NCBI RefSeq assembly: GCF_000150275.1
Contig: NW_002060961.1
Span: 1,072,600-1,136,599, forward strand
Source: Trichoplax adhaerens
Taxonomy: Eukaryota > Animalia > Placozoa
Direction of reading: 5' to 3'
Length of the DNA: 64,000 nt
Under the pieces are notes generated by a model, which worked only from the letters and a program-made list of their open reading frames with translations, had not been told where the DNA came from and made no database searches. Made by a program: the position numbers and the translations under genes. Positions within the stretch are counted from its first letter, which is position 1. The number at the start of each line of letters is the position of its first letter. Shown here one piece after another: positions 13,539 to 26,481 of the stretch.

Positions 13539-14933
13539 ATGAACGAAATACCTAGTCAAGAAAGCCAACTTATTCGAACTGTTATTATGTCTGTTAGTTA
13601 TTTAATTGTCGTGCTGATCGCTATACCTGGCAATATTTTTATTATTTACGCAATCGTAATTAATCGGAATACATCGATGTCCTCATCGACATTTCGACTG
13701 ATATTAAATTCCGCGATAGCTGATTTGGCTTTTGCTGTATGTGCATTACCATGCACATACATGGAGGACACATATGATAACTGGTATTTAGGTGAATTTA
13801 TGTGCCTAGTCATGCGCTCAACAGCAATTATCTTAATTACTGCGTCTATTCTCTCCATGACATTTATTGCAATCGATCGATGCATTACTATGATTTACAG
13901 TAGCAGCTGGTTACAATCGCGTTGTCGTCTTACTAATAACGCACTAACAATTATTTATGTGATCATCATTTGGTTGATATCGATTGCCACAGCGGTACCA
14001 CAATATACAATTATCGAATATCGCGGCCTAACATCGATTGGAGGACCATTTTGTTACTTTGGTTTAAGCAATTTACGGCGCTTTCGTTACTATTTCCTCC
14101 TCTTTCCGATCATTTGCTTTTTAATTCCAGTAATAGTTATGATATCATGCTATGCTGCCATCGCTTATTACTTATTACGACGTAATCATCAATCATCTTT
14201 AGGCAGTCAACAAAAATGCAATAATAACAGAATTAAATATTCAAATTCAGCACTATCAGCAAATCGTTCAGTTTCTACATCCAAAAAATCGAAAGTCCAT
14301 CAGCGCGATATCAATGTCATCCGAATGTTAATTGCCACAGTAGTAACATTTCTAATCTTTTGGCTGCCCTATAACATCTTCGTTGTCTATTTTAATGCTT
14401 TACCAGAACTCATTGACCAGGCCAGATTTAATAATAAGTATCAATTCATATTAATACCTGTCATGAAATTCTTAGGGTGTTGCCACTGTTGTCATAATCC
14501 TATCATCTATTTAATATTCAATAAAAATTTTCAAGCCACATTTTTCAAGATTCGATGGATTAATTATATGACACGATGTTGCATATCAGCTAGAGTTTGC
14601 AGATCTGTTAACGTACTGCAACCAGGAACGACAACAGCAACTACATCTAATCAGAAATTTAACGTAACTGACGATCGCGATCGACGTTTAACATCGATGG
14701 AAAATATCTGGCGAGATATATGTACATCACATCGTTCAGAGCCTAAAGTATCAAATGCCTACGCTAGTCAATATCATCAAGAATTGCGTAATCAAAATGG
14801 GCTGAAAATGTTGAGCAGCCACGGACAAATGAAATACCAAGTAACAGAATATAATGGAATGCAAGACGAGGAGCTTCATGGCGCATTGCTGAGGGATAAT
14901 TTGGCGAATAGCCAAGATCAAACCGTAGTTTAA
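13539..14933 (+). CDS. Rhodopsin-family (class A) GPCR, neuropeptide-receptor-like (tachykinin/NPY/RFamide receptor type), 464 aa
   Basis: Seven hydrophobic segments with GN (TM1), NSAIADL (TM2), WYLGEFMC (ECL1/TM3), IAIDRC, W in TM4, FWLP (TM6) and NPIIY (TM7). Uninterrupted ORF. Confidence 0.93.
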   Translation: MNEIPSQESQLIRTVIMSVSYLIVVLIAIPGNIFIIYAIVINRNTSMSSSTFRLILNSAIADLAFAVCALPCTYMEDTYDNWYLGEFMCLVMRSTAIILITASILSMTFIAIDRCITMIYSSSWLQSRCRLTNNALTIIYVIIIWLISIATAVPQYTIIEYRGLTSIGGPFCYFGLSNLRRFRYYFLLFPIICFLIPVIVMISCYAAIAYYLLRRNHQSSLGSQQKCNNNRIKYSNSALSANRSVSTSKKSKVHQRDINVIRMLIATVVTFLIFWLPYNIFVVYFNALPELIDQARFNNKYQFILIPVMKFLGCCHCCHNPIIYLIFNKNFQATFFKIRWINYMTRCCISARVCRSVNVLQPGTTTATTSNQKFNVTDDRDRRLTSMENIWRDICTSHRSEPKVSNAYASQYHQELRNQNGLKMLSSHGQMKYQVTEYNGMQDEELHGALLRDNLANSQDQTVV

Positions 14934-17900
14934 GCAAATCTTTTATAATTGCTATAATTCATTAAATCGAGTTGCATTCCACTGAAGCTAAAATTCTATA
15001 AAGTTAATTAAAAGCTGAAGCTGAGCAAAGTTGAACTCTTACGCAAAATCAAAGAATGAAGAATACATATATCAGTAACTAAGGTGGCAACTCTTTCCAA
15101 GAAATACTGTACGTGCAAGAAGCAAAATACATATGATTTCCTGAAAGTGAATTTTGATTAATGATAAATTATTTATAGAAAATCAAAGAGTATTATTAAT
15201 AGCGATGATTTAGCAAGATTAGATTTCTTTCTTTTTCTTAATTCTAAAGTCTGATAAATAAGCTTTCCATTAGTTATATTTGAACTTTTATTTCAGTAAT
15301 ATACTGTACGCGAACACAGAAGTGAAGTCCTTACTTAAGAAAATAGTAACTAAGAATGAATTTTCTCTTATAGCAATAATCTTCTCCCTTGCTAAAGCAC
15401 TATTCCTTTTAATTATTTGTACAATAAATAATCATGATGGATTAATAATTCAGGCGTGATCATCAAAGCTAAAGAAGAGAATGGCACCTTAGAGGAATAT
15501 AATATCCTGATATTTATTGATGAGCATGGTTGAAGAATCAGAACCATAATGGTGTATTGCAAAATTTTCGTTCATTATTATTTCTCACTAATAACTACGA
15601 GACCAGAATCGTCTATTATCACCATAGAGATTCTTTTATATAAATTCTAAACGCACGTGTGTATTTTTCCTAAATAGACATCATATATTGTACCGTACAA
15701 GTAGAAAATTTTCTACGAGTTATTATAGTATAAATTATTGGGCTGCTACAGGTAAAGCAGTATAACAAATTGTAAGTGAAAAGAATGTTTTAGTATAATT
15801 AATTACGAGTAAGACATTTTCTGTATTAGATATTTAAAATTATTGATGAGCAGCTAGAGTAGAGTAAAGAGCACCAAAATAAACTGCATACATTAATAAT
15901 AATTTAACCATCTTTCATAGTTACTTCAACTTCATGAATTCTGTAGTATCCAGTACAGTAGAAATAAAATATCAAGTGTTAATTTAACTTTAAATTTTTA
16001 TCGTCAATATTATAAATTTCTGTCTTGTATATATCTAAATGAATGATATCAAATTAATAAAATATCAAAGGTATTCGTGTGATATAAAAAAAGAAACTGT
16101 AAATGTAATTCTGAAGACTCTCATGGCCAAAACTATGTTATAGCCATACTGACTTTGAATAATTAAGCTTTGTATAACCGTATTTAGACTTTATTAAAAT
16201 TTAATCCCGAGTTCAAGCCACGTCAGTATCTTGGATTCTACAGTGCGGAATGGATACGAAAATTTATGGGGCAGTTCATACATGGGGCTCTTAGACATCG
16301 TACTTTTTATACTTATTGTAAGGCTTATAAACTTGAAATATCAGCAGTCTTTCTAGCCAATGATCATTGTGAAAATATTAGTGCATCTCCTGCAATTGTT
16401 AATAAATTTATCCAAATACCAAACGCACTAAATAGAGCTTTGCTTACGAGTTATTTAAAGCTAATAAATCAATATATCCCAATATTCTACCATTCTATGA
16501 AGAGAATTATGACTAGTCAATGTATGTTTGATGCTTCTTCCTTACTAGAATATCATAACTAAATGAAAGAATATAATTTTCCTGAACTAATCGTATTATT
16601 GCCATAGGACAATACCTTAACAGCATATTATACTTGCGCTGATTGCCAAGAAACGTTTAAAAATTAATATAGAGAAATTAATTTTTTGGCATAAATGATC
16701 TCGTCTTGCTAGAGTTGAATAACATTTTTTGAAGGAGCGAAATTATCATTAATTATCAGTACATAATCAAGATCTTTCTGTAACAGAAGCTTAGGTAAAA
16801 TTGCCTGAGTTACGGAGTGCTGCTGATTTACTGTAATAGAAGAGATGGATATTGGCTGTCGATCTAATAACTAAATGACTGAGATTTATAAAGTAAATTT
16901 TTATTTACATTTGACATTAAAAAGTCCGTTTAAATAATATAGAAGCTATGTTAGCGGAGCTTAATCAAAACCAGTTACTCACGGCAACTCCATTAAGTCG
17001 AGATTAGTATGACAGTGAAGGCTCCTTTGATGAGCCAAAGTTTCTTAAATTTAAATTGAGACAGTTGTCCCTTTAAATGAGAAGCACAGCATGGCTATTA
17101 ATGTGTAGTTATCTCGAAAACTGAAGCTTAGGAATGTTTCGCTTTGAATTATAGTAGAGAATATGTTTTGTAAATCGAAATTGCTCGTAAGAACAAAGGG
17201 TTATTTTAGCATTATTCCATATTTCATTATTGGAGGATCATTTTGAAGGGTAAGCTCTTGAAATTTGCACTAATCCTCCACTAATATTCTAGTAGCACAA
17301 AGTGACAGAAAATCACAACCGGAGATTAATGGGGAGGTCTAACTAGCAAGTTAGTTTAAATTTACTGACAAAGACAAAGCCAAAGTGTTCAGTAATACAA
17401 TGGATGATTTATTTAGAATACCTCAAAGTGCTATAGATAATCGATTAATAAGCCACTAAAGTAAATTTCAGGAGGTTATTTTTGGAATCTGAATTTTTAA
17501 TTCGTGCGACAATAATTATAATTAGAAATTGGTATCGGCAAATAATACAATATTGAAGTTTAGGCGATGTAATACTGAATATAAGAAAGTCATTAGAATT
17601 GGTCATTTAAGCTATATCGATTCTATTAAGATATCATTGGTGGCTAGAAATTATTGAGTGGAAACATCGTAACGCTTTTTTAATATTAAAGGGTTTGATT
17701 ATTGTACAGAAGGCTTCCTAAAATTGAACAACCATTTCTACTGTAGATATGCTTGATTTGTTATTTGCTCATATATGGCCTTTTTTTTCTTACATTCTAA
17801 TATACCATTTCCAGGCATTGTGAATCCCATATTGTTGAGTTCTCAGCTAAACTGATCTCGAGATTGTCTTTTTTTATTTGGTTCGGTATTAGTGAAATTT

Positions 17901-18099
17901 AAGCAGTTTCACTTCAAAATATATCTACAAGGCTACTTTAAGAATAGAAAGACACGTGAATTAATTTGGTTGAGTTATTGTGATGTAAGTATAAGAAAAT
18001 TTTTAAATTCCTTAGGCTTTACCGTGATTAGCTGCTTATTTAAAAATTATTCTTAGTCAATTAACATGTAAATTTCGTGATAATTAATATAATTACCAG

Positions 18100-20900
18100 T
18101 ATTGACAGTGATAACATCTATAAAAACTATTATTACTGAAAGTAAAAATTATTAATTAACCAAAGTAAATAGTAACATAAATCATAACTACTATCTCCAA
18201 TCTAAAGCTAAATCTAGCGAAGGACTTGATTACATTGCAGATTTATCTATTGATAACAACTTTTCTCCATATTAAGATTTTTAACAAGGCTAAAATCCAA
18301 TTGCAACACAATACATTTTTAAAGATGACTTTTATGTATTATGTTATATGTACACCATAAATAGCAATAAATTTATTGACAACATTCCGAATATTTAACA
18401 TGGGCAAGTTATATGAAACCTCAAATTTTATCTATTTTACTAGTAATAACAACTATTACTTCAACAAAACTGTGTCTAATACCTTTAAAGTAACTAACAA
18501 TATCAGCTACCGAACTTTCATGTTATATTTAGGATGAAAGGTATACAGGTGTATTTCCTTAATAGAAAATTAATTACTGGCATTCCTTTTCATTGTTATC
18601 TTATTTGAATTTCATGCTCACGTATATTTTAAAATAACAAGGCTAAGATATTGTTTAGTTCTTGCTTACGTGCAATCTACAATCTATCGATTTCATTATA
18701 TGGCTCTTAGAGTCATATTTTCAAAGTCAATAGCTGTTGGACAATGATAATTTCATTATTGCGAACAGGTATAAAGTGATTGATTTATCTACAATGTGTA
18801 GAATAAAATATTTTTCATACTATAGATTACCGTATTATATCATCAACTTAAACCTTGATACTTTAACTAGTGTGGAAAATAATACTTGAAACTTTTCACG
18901 TGAACATCTATATTGTAACTAGGCTAGAGATTAAGGCTGCCTGATGCTGTTCCTGATAATCCTTGTCGATATATCGGATCTAGTAAGGTATTTCTAGCGA
19001 TGCAGTTTTTGCTACCGGCGGAAATTTAAGTTCTTTGAAGAGATACCGCACCGTAAGTAGTAAAATACGTGAACATATTGATAATTTACTTTCTTATTCA
19101 AAGCCCGCTACGGAAAATTTTCAATGTCTGGTATTTTAAGTGTAATTGCTGCAGTTATCCTTTTCTATAAGTAGTTACTGCAAATTTAAAATTGTACAAA
19201 AGAAGGTTAGTTGTCACTCTCTTGATTCGATAACTAAGGGCTACTATTGAGTACCTAATACTACAGTATTATACAGAGAAATTAATACTAATAAGTTTAT
19301 GTCAGCATGCTTTAACAAAGGACATCGCACTTATAGTCTGTTGAATCATGGCTTTAGAAATTTAATACTTTATAGATATCTTGACAAAAAAGAATCTAAA
19401 TTTTGCTATTAGTTAGCAAAATTTATAGAGTCAGTATTCTCTTTGATAAACATGTCTAAATTTAGATCCCTTTGTTAATAATCCTTTATAATTACAAGGT
19501 CATTTTTAATAATTATGATGTCGATATATTAGTACTGGCCCTAAGTGGAACAGTGGGATAGTCTGTTCGTCGAATGTTCGATAGGAATGCTTTGATGGAT
19601 AAAAAAAGTAAAGGAAGAAATTATTACTTACCCATTGTAGATATGCTTTCAGTAATTAATCATAAAAGATCTTAATCTCTGAAAGGCAACGTAACGACAG
19701 CTATATTTTCTGTTTCAAACCTGGAAATGAATTTTATTGATATGGAGGCTAAGATTTTGCTGTTTATAGAATTGGCAGCAAAATTTTTAGCAGGATTGAA
19801 CACTCAAAGATATTTACTCGTTACTATGTCATCATGTTTATTTATGAAGACTTACCTCGCCTATTTGTTTGTATTCGAGGGTTCTGACATTAATGTTAAT
19901 TGGACGTCGATGGTTACCTTTGACAATGTAAGCATTTTAATCTATCGCACTATATGTGTTTTATTCTAAATAAACTTCAACTTGAATGACTGATGTACGA
20001 TATTGCGATATTGTAGGTAAAGCTTTTCTTTTAGCAATTAAACAAATCAGAAATTAGTATGCTTGAAAATAAAATCAAGACTATTTCTAATCGGTTTATA
20101 TATATATGAAGTAGCCTAATGAAAGCCGATAGTAATAATGTATCCGTTTAGGCTATTTTATTTCGGAGTGATTCTAATGAGGATGATTTTATTACTGATT
20201 GTCAACTATATTTCGTGTGCTAGTCTTTAATAATGCCTATATACGGCTTGTATTTTCTATAGAAGCTTTAAAGGTCAGTATATGCACCAGCAAGACGAAA
20301 ATATCATTTGGGTAAGGACAGTTTTTGATTGACCATATCGAATGGAGGATTATTAAGTGAAAACTGGAAACTATGGATATCTAATATCAATATGTAAATT
20401 ATTTTGTATCGTATTCTTAGTATCGATATGATAATGTGAAAAATAGCGTTAGTCTTATTAATATTAAGCAAATTTATTACGTCAATAAATATTGATAGCT
20501 TGTGCTTTTGTTTCCGGTATGTAGGTTTAGTAATTGAAATACTGGAATAAAAATGGCATTACACACGTTAAATGAAATAATTTTTTACTAATGCGCTTGT
20601 ATATATATACCTTGTCTATAGTTTTGCAATACCTAATATGGTTTGAAGTTTTTCCTGTTAATTTTGATTCGACTAAATATATAGATGATAGATTCCAGTA
20701 AATAAGTTCTTTTCACTCTATGTTTAAGACTATACACTGTATAGTATACAGTACCGTATCTATCTATCTTTGGTGTTTTTACATGGTATAATTGTGACTT
20801 AACATTTGCCAATACTCTGAATTTAACGCATTGAATGTCTAAACGATCAGGTGGTTGATACCCACATGGTGATATATAGTATTTGAACTAAACTAATAAA
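18100..20900 (+). pseudogene. Decayed LGR-like relic
   Basis: LRR-like LKLNLAKDLIT and IQLQHNTFLKM (~18200-18330) and FLAGLNTQRYLL (ORF 19727). TM1-like FRLFYFGVILMRMILLLIVN (~20147), TM2-like LTISNG (~20329), WIS/SICKLFCIVFLVS (~20374-20425), TM6-like LTFANTL (~20799). Confidence 0.4.
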
Positions 20901-21119
20901 AATTGTAGGCTGAAAAAGTATGTACTTATTTTATTCTCGCGGTTTTCATATTGTTACCTAAGATAGATAATAAGTTTCAATCGAATTTTACCGTATGAGT
21001 TAGAACAGTGTTGGTATTTGTATCAACATAAATATAGAAATGCACATGTATTAAAATACGATAGCGTTAAAATTGGGCCATAAAAATTCACAGTGGCAAT
21101 TTTAACTTTTAATTCGAGT

Positions 21120-23350
21120 GTATCATCACGTTTTCACTATCCTGTTTAGTTTTATTTCAGGTAAAATAAGTATTTAAAAGATATCAAGTAATAATATCGA
21201 TTGAAATAATAAGGATACTGTTCTCGATCAAGTTATTGTTTCACATATGGCTATATGTATGAAAGGTATCTTAGCAGCACTCTTTCTCAGTAGACATACA
21301 AATTTATGACCTTATGTATTTGTTATAATATTGCCTGAGAATACTGAATGACTAATTTCAACTTTGTTCAAAAAAATAATTACGTTTCCAGGCAGTGGTA
21401 TACCAATGACATTGGAAAAGGGTTCTATTGCATTATCCTAGGTTTTAGAAGCAACAGAACGTTATTGAACAGAACTAGCTTTGTTTTAGCTTCACTGTTT
21501 CCGTTGTGCAAGCTACGTCTTTGCTGCTGGTCAATGTCTGATGTTAAGATCATTATGCACGTATTTAGCCGATGGCGGTTAACTGTCTACACGTTGAACT
21601 GTTGCTTGTTACAATAACGCTGGAATTAGCGGCTATTCTGATCTCATTTGCCAACAGCATGCGATGTACTTGTCCCTTTTATGAATCTGATCCCTAATAG
21701 CGAACACTGTGCTGTATATGAGTCTTATAAAATTTTACACCAATCTACTAACGAAAGCGATAACGTTAGTTTTCGTACCATATCCATTACTTTTGATTAA
21801 AGATTTCCAAACTGTGTTACTGTACTAACCTATACTCATTCATCAATTTTATGAGCTTAGTTGTATTTAAAACATAAAAAATTCACGTTTGTATGTATTC
21901 GTTCCTGGAGCAACATGGAGACCGCATTGTTGTATACTTACATTGAAAGTAATGTAAGTGCTACAATAGTTCATTGATCGCCGCATAAATAATCATATTA
22001 GTAGATCCTTTTGGAGTAATTGGATGTTTACGGCAGATTAATTATTGATAATTTTTAGGAAATTTTTATACGTAAGTATTCTTTCTTTTTGCATGCTACG
22101 TGCATACAGTATGTATTGCTGTTATGCTTGATTATGAAATGAACAGCAAATTAGATTGTCGCAACTGAGACTATTTACGACTACAAAAGTGAATTGAAAA
22201 TTCCATTTATAATTATATTAGACAGGGTACAAGGACAATTTCTGCCTAGGGTCTATTCGGTATTGTTCAATATCCTCTCGGTAATATTATTACAGTCATT
22301 GACTTTATTTATGTCGATATTATACTTTCTAGACAGTATTGTGCTAGGCTTGCAGTTGCAAGCATTGGATGCGTACTGGATAATTATTCCTTTCCTAAAA
22401 GTAAGCTTCTTCCATACACAGTCGGTTTAGTAAGGGAGGGTGTGGGGGGGGGGAAATCATTGCTTGCATATGAGTTCTACGCGTACAGTAAAAATTCTAG
22501 AATGTCTATCCATTATTACATTCGTGAAGAGGGGTAATACTGTGAAATTCTCTATTTTTCACAAACTATCTAGGTTTTACGTCCAATGTATACAGATTTG
22601 ATTGCTATTGAGGTTAAGAATGATCAAATAGAAAATGTTATAGTGTTGCTATTAAAAATTGATCATTTTGTTTACGTCAAATGGAATATTGATCGATTTG
22701 ATAGCCAAATGTAATGAAATAATTCCAATCAACTTTAAGGAGTTTGGGATTTCACAGATTTGATCTCTTCCATACAATACAATCCTACTGTATTTGGTAG
22801 AAATAAATAGGATTTGCCCTGTAATAAAGCAACGTGATTACAAATTTGTAATATTTATTAATTAATGTAGGAGTTAAGGGGAATTTTCCATCGATTGTGT
22901 TTCACTTCAAACTAATTGTTACGGAAGTATTGTATATTATTCTATTGGGATTACTTGTTATTGACCATATTTTTGACTTTCAATTGCTCGAAAATCTAGA
23001 CCTGGCGTCAACAGTGGCCATCATGGCTGTAATCATAAAGAGTAGTTACTTTCTTGTTTGATGACGTACCTTAGCACCATTTATTCGACGAAATTAACAA
23101 AAGTAGGCCATGTTATTTTCTTCATAATTAATTATTCATATTGGAAGGGAGTGATTAATTAATATGAGTAGAAGACAAGCACATTAGGTCAACAAGATTT
23201 TGTTGACAAAAGCTTATCGCTCTATCATCGATACGAGTACATCATGAATTCATAAATAGAAGAATCTCCTATTGAACGAGGGTGAATAGAAATAAAAAAA
23301 ATTGAAAAAATATTTTTATCATTGCATTCTCTAGGATTTACTGAGCATCT
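21120..23350 (+). pseudogene. Decayed multi-exon gene with pentameric ligand-gated ion channel (Cys-loop)-like fragments
   Basis: Exon-like blocks flanked by AG and GT signals encode, in order: RQYCARLAVASIGCVLDNYSFPK (~22333-22400), GVWDFTDL (~22740), GNFPSIVFHFKL followed by M1/M2-like LYIILLGLLVIDHIFDFQLLENLDLASTVAIMAVII (~22880-23040), LV/DDVP, M3-like LTKVGHVIFFII (~23094-23130) and M4-like IEKIFLSLHSLGF (~23301-23339). Stops and frameshifts are present. Confidence 0.45.
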
Positions 23351-24788
23351 TAATCTAGTCAATTCATTACACTACTGTAAGCACATTATACTTTAATGAT
23401 TTATACCAGTTCAAGAAAATGAATTTATGATTAATCATGTTGAATAACTTAAAATGGTGCACTTTCAAAATTTTCTAGTATCATGAAGAACAAAAAAGTA
23501 TGACTAACTTTAGATAATATACAGCAACGACTAAAACAACAATAAAAATCTAATTATGAAGTCAAAGCAATACGATTGATTCCATTCTATAAATACAGTT
23601 GGGATATTTTGGTAGTTGGTTGATGAATGTGAACAATATTTTATGCAATTTCTTATATCTTGGACATAATCTTAACCATACGACAATAACTGAAAAAAGA
23701 AATTAAATTCAAAGCCTTGCTTTCCAACAGACAAATATGTAGAATTTTAGGACGATACCTTTCGTTGAGATTGATATTTAATCCATATTACGTATAACGA
23801 AAGTGATTTTATAGAGATGTGATATGATACATTATGCGATTATAACCAACATGAGAGAGTTGTTGACATACCCTATACAGTAATTGTAATTAGTTTTACG
23901 TTGTCCTTTACACTACCAATGGAATTATCAATATGTAGACATCAATTTGACATAGGGTCCAAAATATTATGTGGAATATTTCAGAAAAAGATTAATTATC
24001 ATCTGACATGCAAATGTTTAAAATAAAAACAAAGGCATTTGTTTGTTCAAAATGAGAATGATCTTACTAGCAGTATTTTTAAAGCCATGTTTTCTAATTG
24101 AAGACGTCCTATGCCTCCTTGCAAATTACCATCTAACCGATGAAAAGTTGTCTTTTCTACCTAAAAGATAGGCTGACTAGTTGTCGTTTTCTTTTGGATA
24201 TTATTCTTTAACGTTTACTTCGTCGTTCGTGATTGCATAGCCAATCTTGAAATGTTGTAAAATAGGGGTATGTACGGTTGCTGTATACGCCAATGGCACA
24301 TAGATTGCTTAGTCATTGAATTGGTCGAATCCAAATTTTCGAACGCTGTTTTGCGAGTATCGGACTATGCTGTAATAGTCCGAAAGGAAATGGTAATGAT
24401 GTAGTCGATTGGATATCATTACAGTGGATAGATCCACAGCATAGAAAGAAAGGGAATGAAATGTAAGGTATAAAAAAAAGTGGATCAAGATTGCGATGCA
24501 AGATGATAGGCGATTTTCAAGCAGTTCGATTGACATACTGATACAGCATCGATACATTAAGGCGATTTTGAGACTTTAGGTATGGAAATGAAGTTGGTGA
24601 CGCATGGATTGGAAGGTAAAGCAAATTTTCATTTCAACTCAGTTGGCCATCATTTATCGTTTCAACACTGTCCTGATACATGTAGTGGATGTGTTTATCA
24701 CTGATAAGTATTGGAATACGGATTGGCAGTAGTGGCATCTAGAAAGTAATGAGCAAATCAAGACAGAGATTGATTAATGTTGACTAGG

Positions 24789-25937
24789 TTATTTAATGCT
24801 TTTTTTGTTGATTGTGACTGACATGTTAAGGTTCAAATCAGAATAACGTCGAAGTGTACTATCGAGTGTTATACAATGCTCACGTTTGATATCACCAAAA
24901 CGGAAATATTTTAAAACATGGCTTCGCAGATCGGCAGTAAAGAATACGTAAATAAGCGGGCAAACCGCTGGATAGGAAAAGGCGAAATATTGACTGATGC
25001 GTACAACGGTAGCTTGTAAATGTGTAATACGAGTGGATAAATAGAGGGATAGGAAGGTGATTACATAAGGCATCCAAAAGAGGATAAATACACCAACAAT
25101 GATGGCCATACTTCGTAATGCTTTAATATTGCGTATGATGGCATGCGTTGGGGTGGACGAAGGGCCATTCTGAAAGTATTGCTGGCGCCGCGTGTGATCA
25201 TTGACAATAATTAAGATACGTCCATAGACAAAAACTAATACTATAAGGGGAATAAAAAATAATACAGTAAATAATAATATTAAATAGACACGATGTTCGA
25301 CAACGTCAGTTGGTCTTAACTGGACACATCGATGGCTAGAAAATTTCAAAAATGAGACTAAGGGTATAAAAATAGCCAAAATGGGCAAGAACCATACGAT
25401 AGCAATGAAGATCGCCGCTAGTCGTGGAGTAGCACGACGATTGTAACTAAATGGATGCGTTACTGAAACATAACGATCGAAACTGACTAAACAAATGTGA
25501 GAATTTAAAATTAAAATAAACAAGATTCCGTTCATGGGAAGTAGTGTACAAGCAGCAGCATTTCGGCGCAAGTTGAGAATTTCATACAATGCCCATCGTG
25601 GCATTAAATAAGTGAGCGAATAACAAATTGCTGCCACCGCCATACTTGCAATCATCGCATTGGAGACATGATGCAACGAACGATGCAGTGCAATGAGTAG
25701 AATTAACAGGCCATTGGTAGTGATGGTTAAAGCAGAAATAATGGAATAAGTGATTAATTTTTCCACAATGGCCGGTGGTATCGTGGCGGCGATCGTTGGC
25801 GTTGCATTTAGCGTGTTATTGCAAGTTGTCACCATGTTGGCCATACTGTGATTGCTTGTTGATGGAAGATGGGTATCATTGGACCAAGAAGAAATGGTAG
25901 TATTGCTATTCCAATTATTCATCCTGTCGTCATGCAT
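24789..25937 (-). CDS. Class A GPCR, divergent orphan subfamily (aminergic-like scaffold without Asp3.32), single exon, 382 aa from first ATG
   Basis: 7TM with an N-terminus rich in NxS/T sites, TN in TM1, SFDRY, FWMP and AFSYPAVCPLIY. First ATG is at 25937; the ORF track starts at the preceding TTG. Confidence 0.92.
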   Translation of the reverse strand: MHDDRMNNWNSNTTISSWSNDTHLPSTSNHSMANMVTTCNNTLNATPTIAATIPPAIVEKLITYSIISALTITTNGLLILLIALHRSLHHVSNAMIASMAVAAICYSLTYLMPRWALYEILNLRRNAAACTLLPMNGILFILILNSHICLVSFDRYVSVTHPFSYNRRATPRLAAIFIAIVWFLPILAIFIPLVSFLKFSSHRCVQLRPTDVVEHRVYLILLFTVLFFIPLIVLVFVYGRILIIVNDHTRRQQYFQNGPSSTPTHAIIRNIKALRSMAIIVGVFILFWMPYVITFLSLYLSTRITHLQATVVRISQYFAFSYPAVCPLIYVFFTADLRSHVLKYFRFGDIKREHCITLDSTLRRYSDLNLNMSVTINKKSIK

Positions 25938-26481
25938 CAACGTTATCCAGTGGAGATTGAATGGAGATTTTCAACCGGCACCCAAGGTTGAACAAGAAGC
26001 CAAATTTTTGAAATGATAAGAAGAAGAAATTGCACCCTACATCAATAATATGCAGAATGGCTTATTTACATATTGCAATCGATGCTTATCTAGTCAACAA
26101 TGTTGTCAAGCATTACAAATGGATCAGCAAACAGTATCAAGGATGGCCCACTTATCATGTATCATGCATGACTGATGGCTTCATGGTTGGAATTAGAATG
26201 GAATTGCACCCATCCAACACGGCCAATTAAAAGGACAAACCCGATTGCAAGCAAACTCGACAAGAATAACAACAGATTTGATTAAGCTGCAATCGACGAT
26301 TGGATTAGCGATAGTTGGCCACCCCCAAAAAATTTCTACCTCCGATCAGCCGACGATGAAGATGGGCGGGTTCGATTAGACTATGACCAATGGGCGGTTG
26401 AGGTTGGCTTTGAATGAGTGTCGTGCGTCTTGATCGATCGTGTTTCCACGCGAAGTGGTATCGCACCGGCATTGAAGCGAT

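Noticed and set aside
13646-14185. Small ORFs overlapping GPCRs (also 24892-25077, 45208-45417, 62453-62683)
   Set aside because: Shadow or alternative-frame ORFs of real coding sequence.
17361-17425. FTDKDKAKVFSNTMDDLF resembles the pre-RT region of LINE ORF2
   Set aside because: No downstream reverse-transcriptase motifs (PGxDG, QG, YADD) could be found.
21490-21582. LHCFRCASY..C resembling a Ly6/uPAR N-terminus
   Set aside because: Stops after 30 codons and the remaining Cys pattern, including CCxxxxCN, is absent.
22434-22453. G-rich tract with G-quadruplex potential
   Set aside because: Single short homopolymer-like tract with no supporting context.
23188-23208. Short 7-8 bp hairpins (also ~41875, ~42475)
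   Set aside because: Expected by chance in 64 kb of AT-rich DNA; bacterial-style terminators are irrelevant in a eukaryote.
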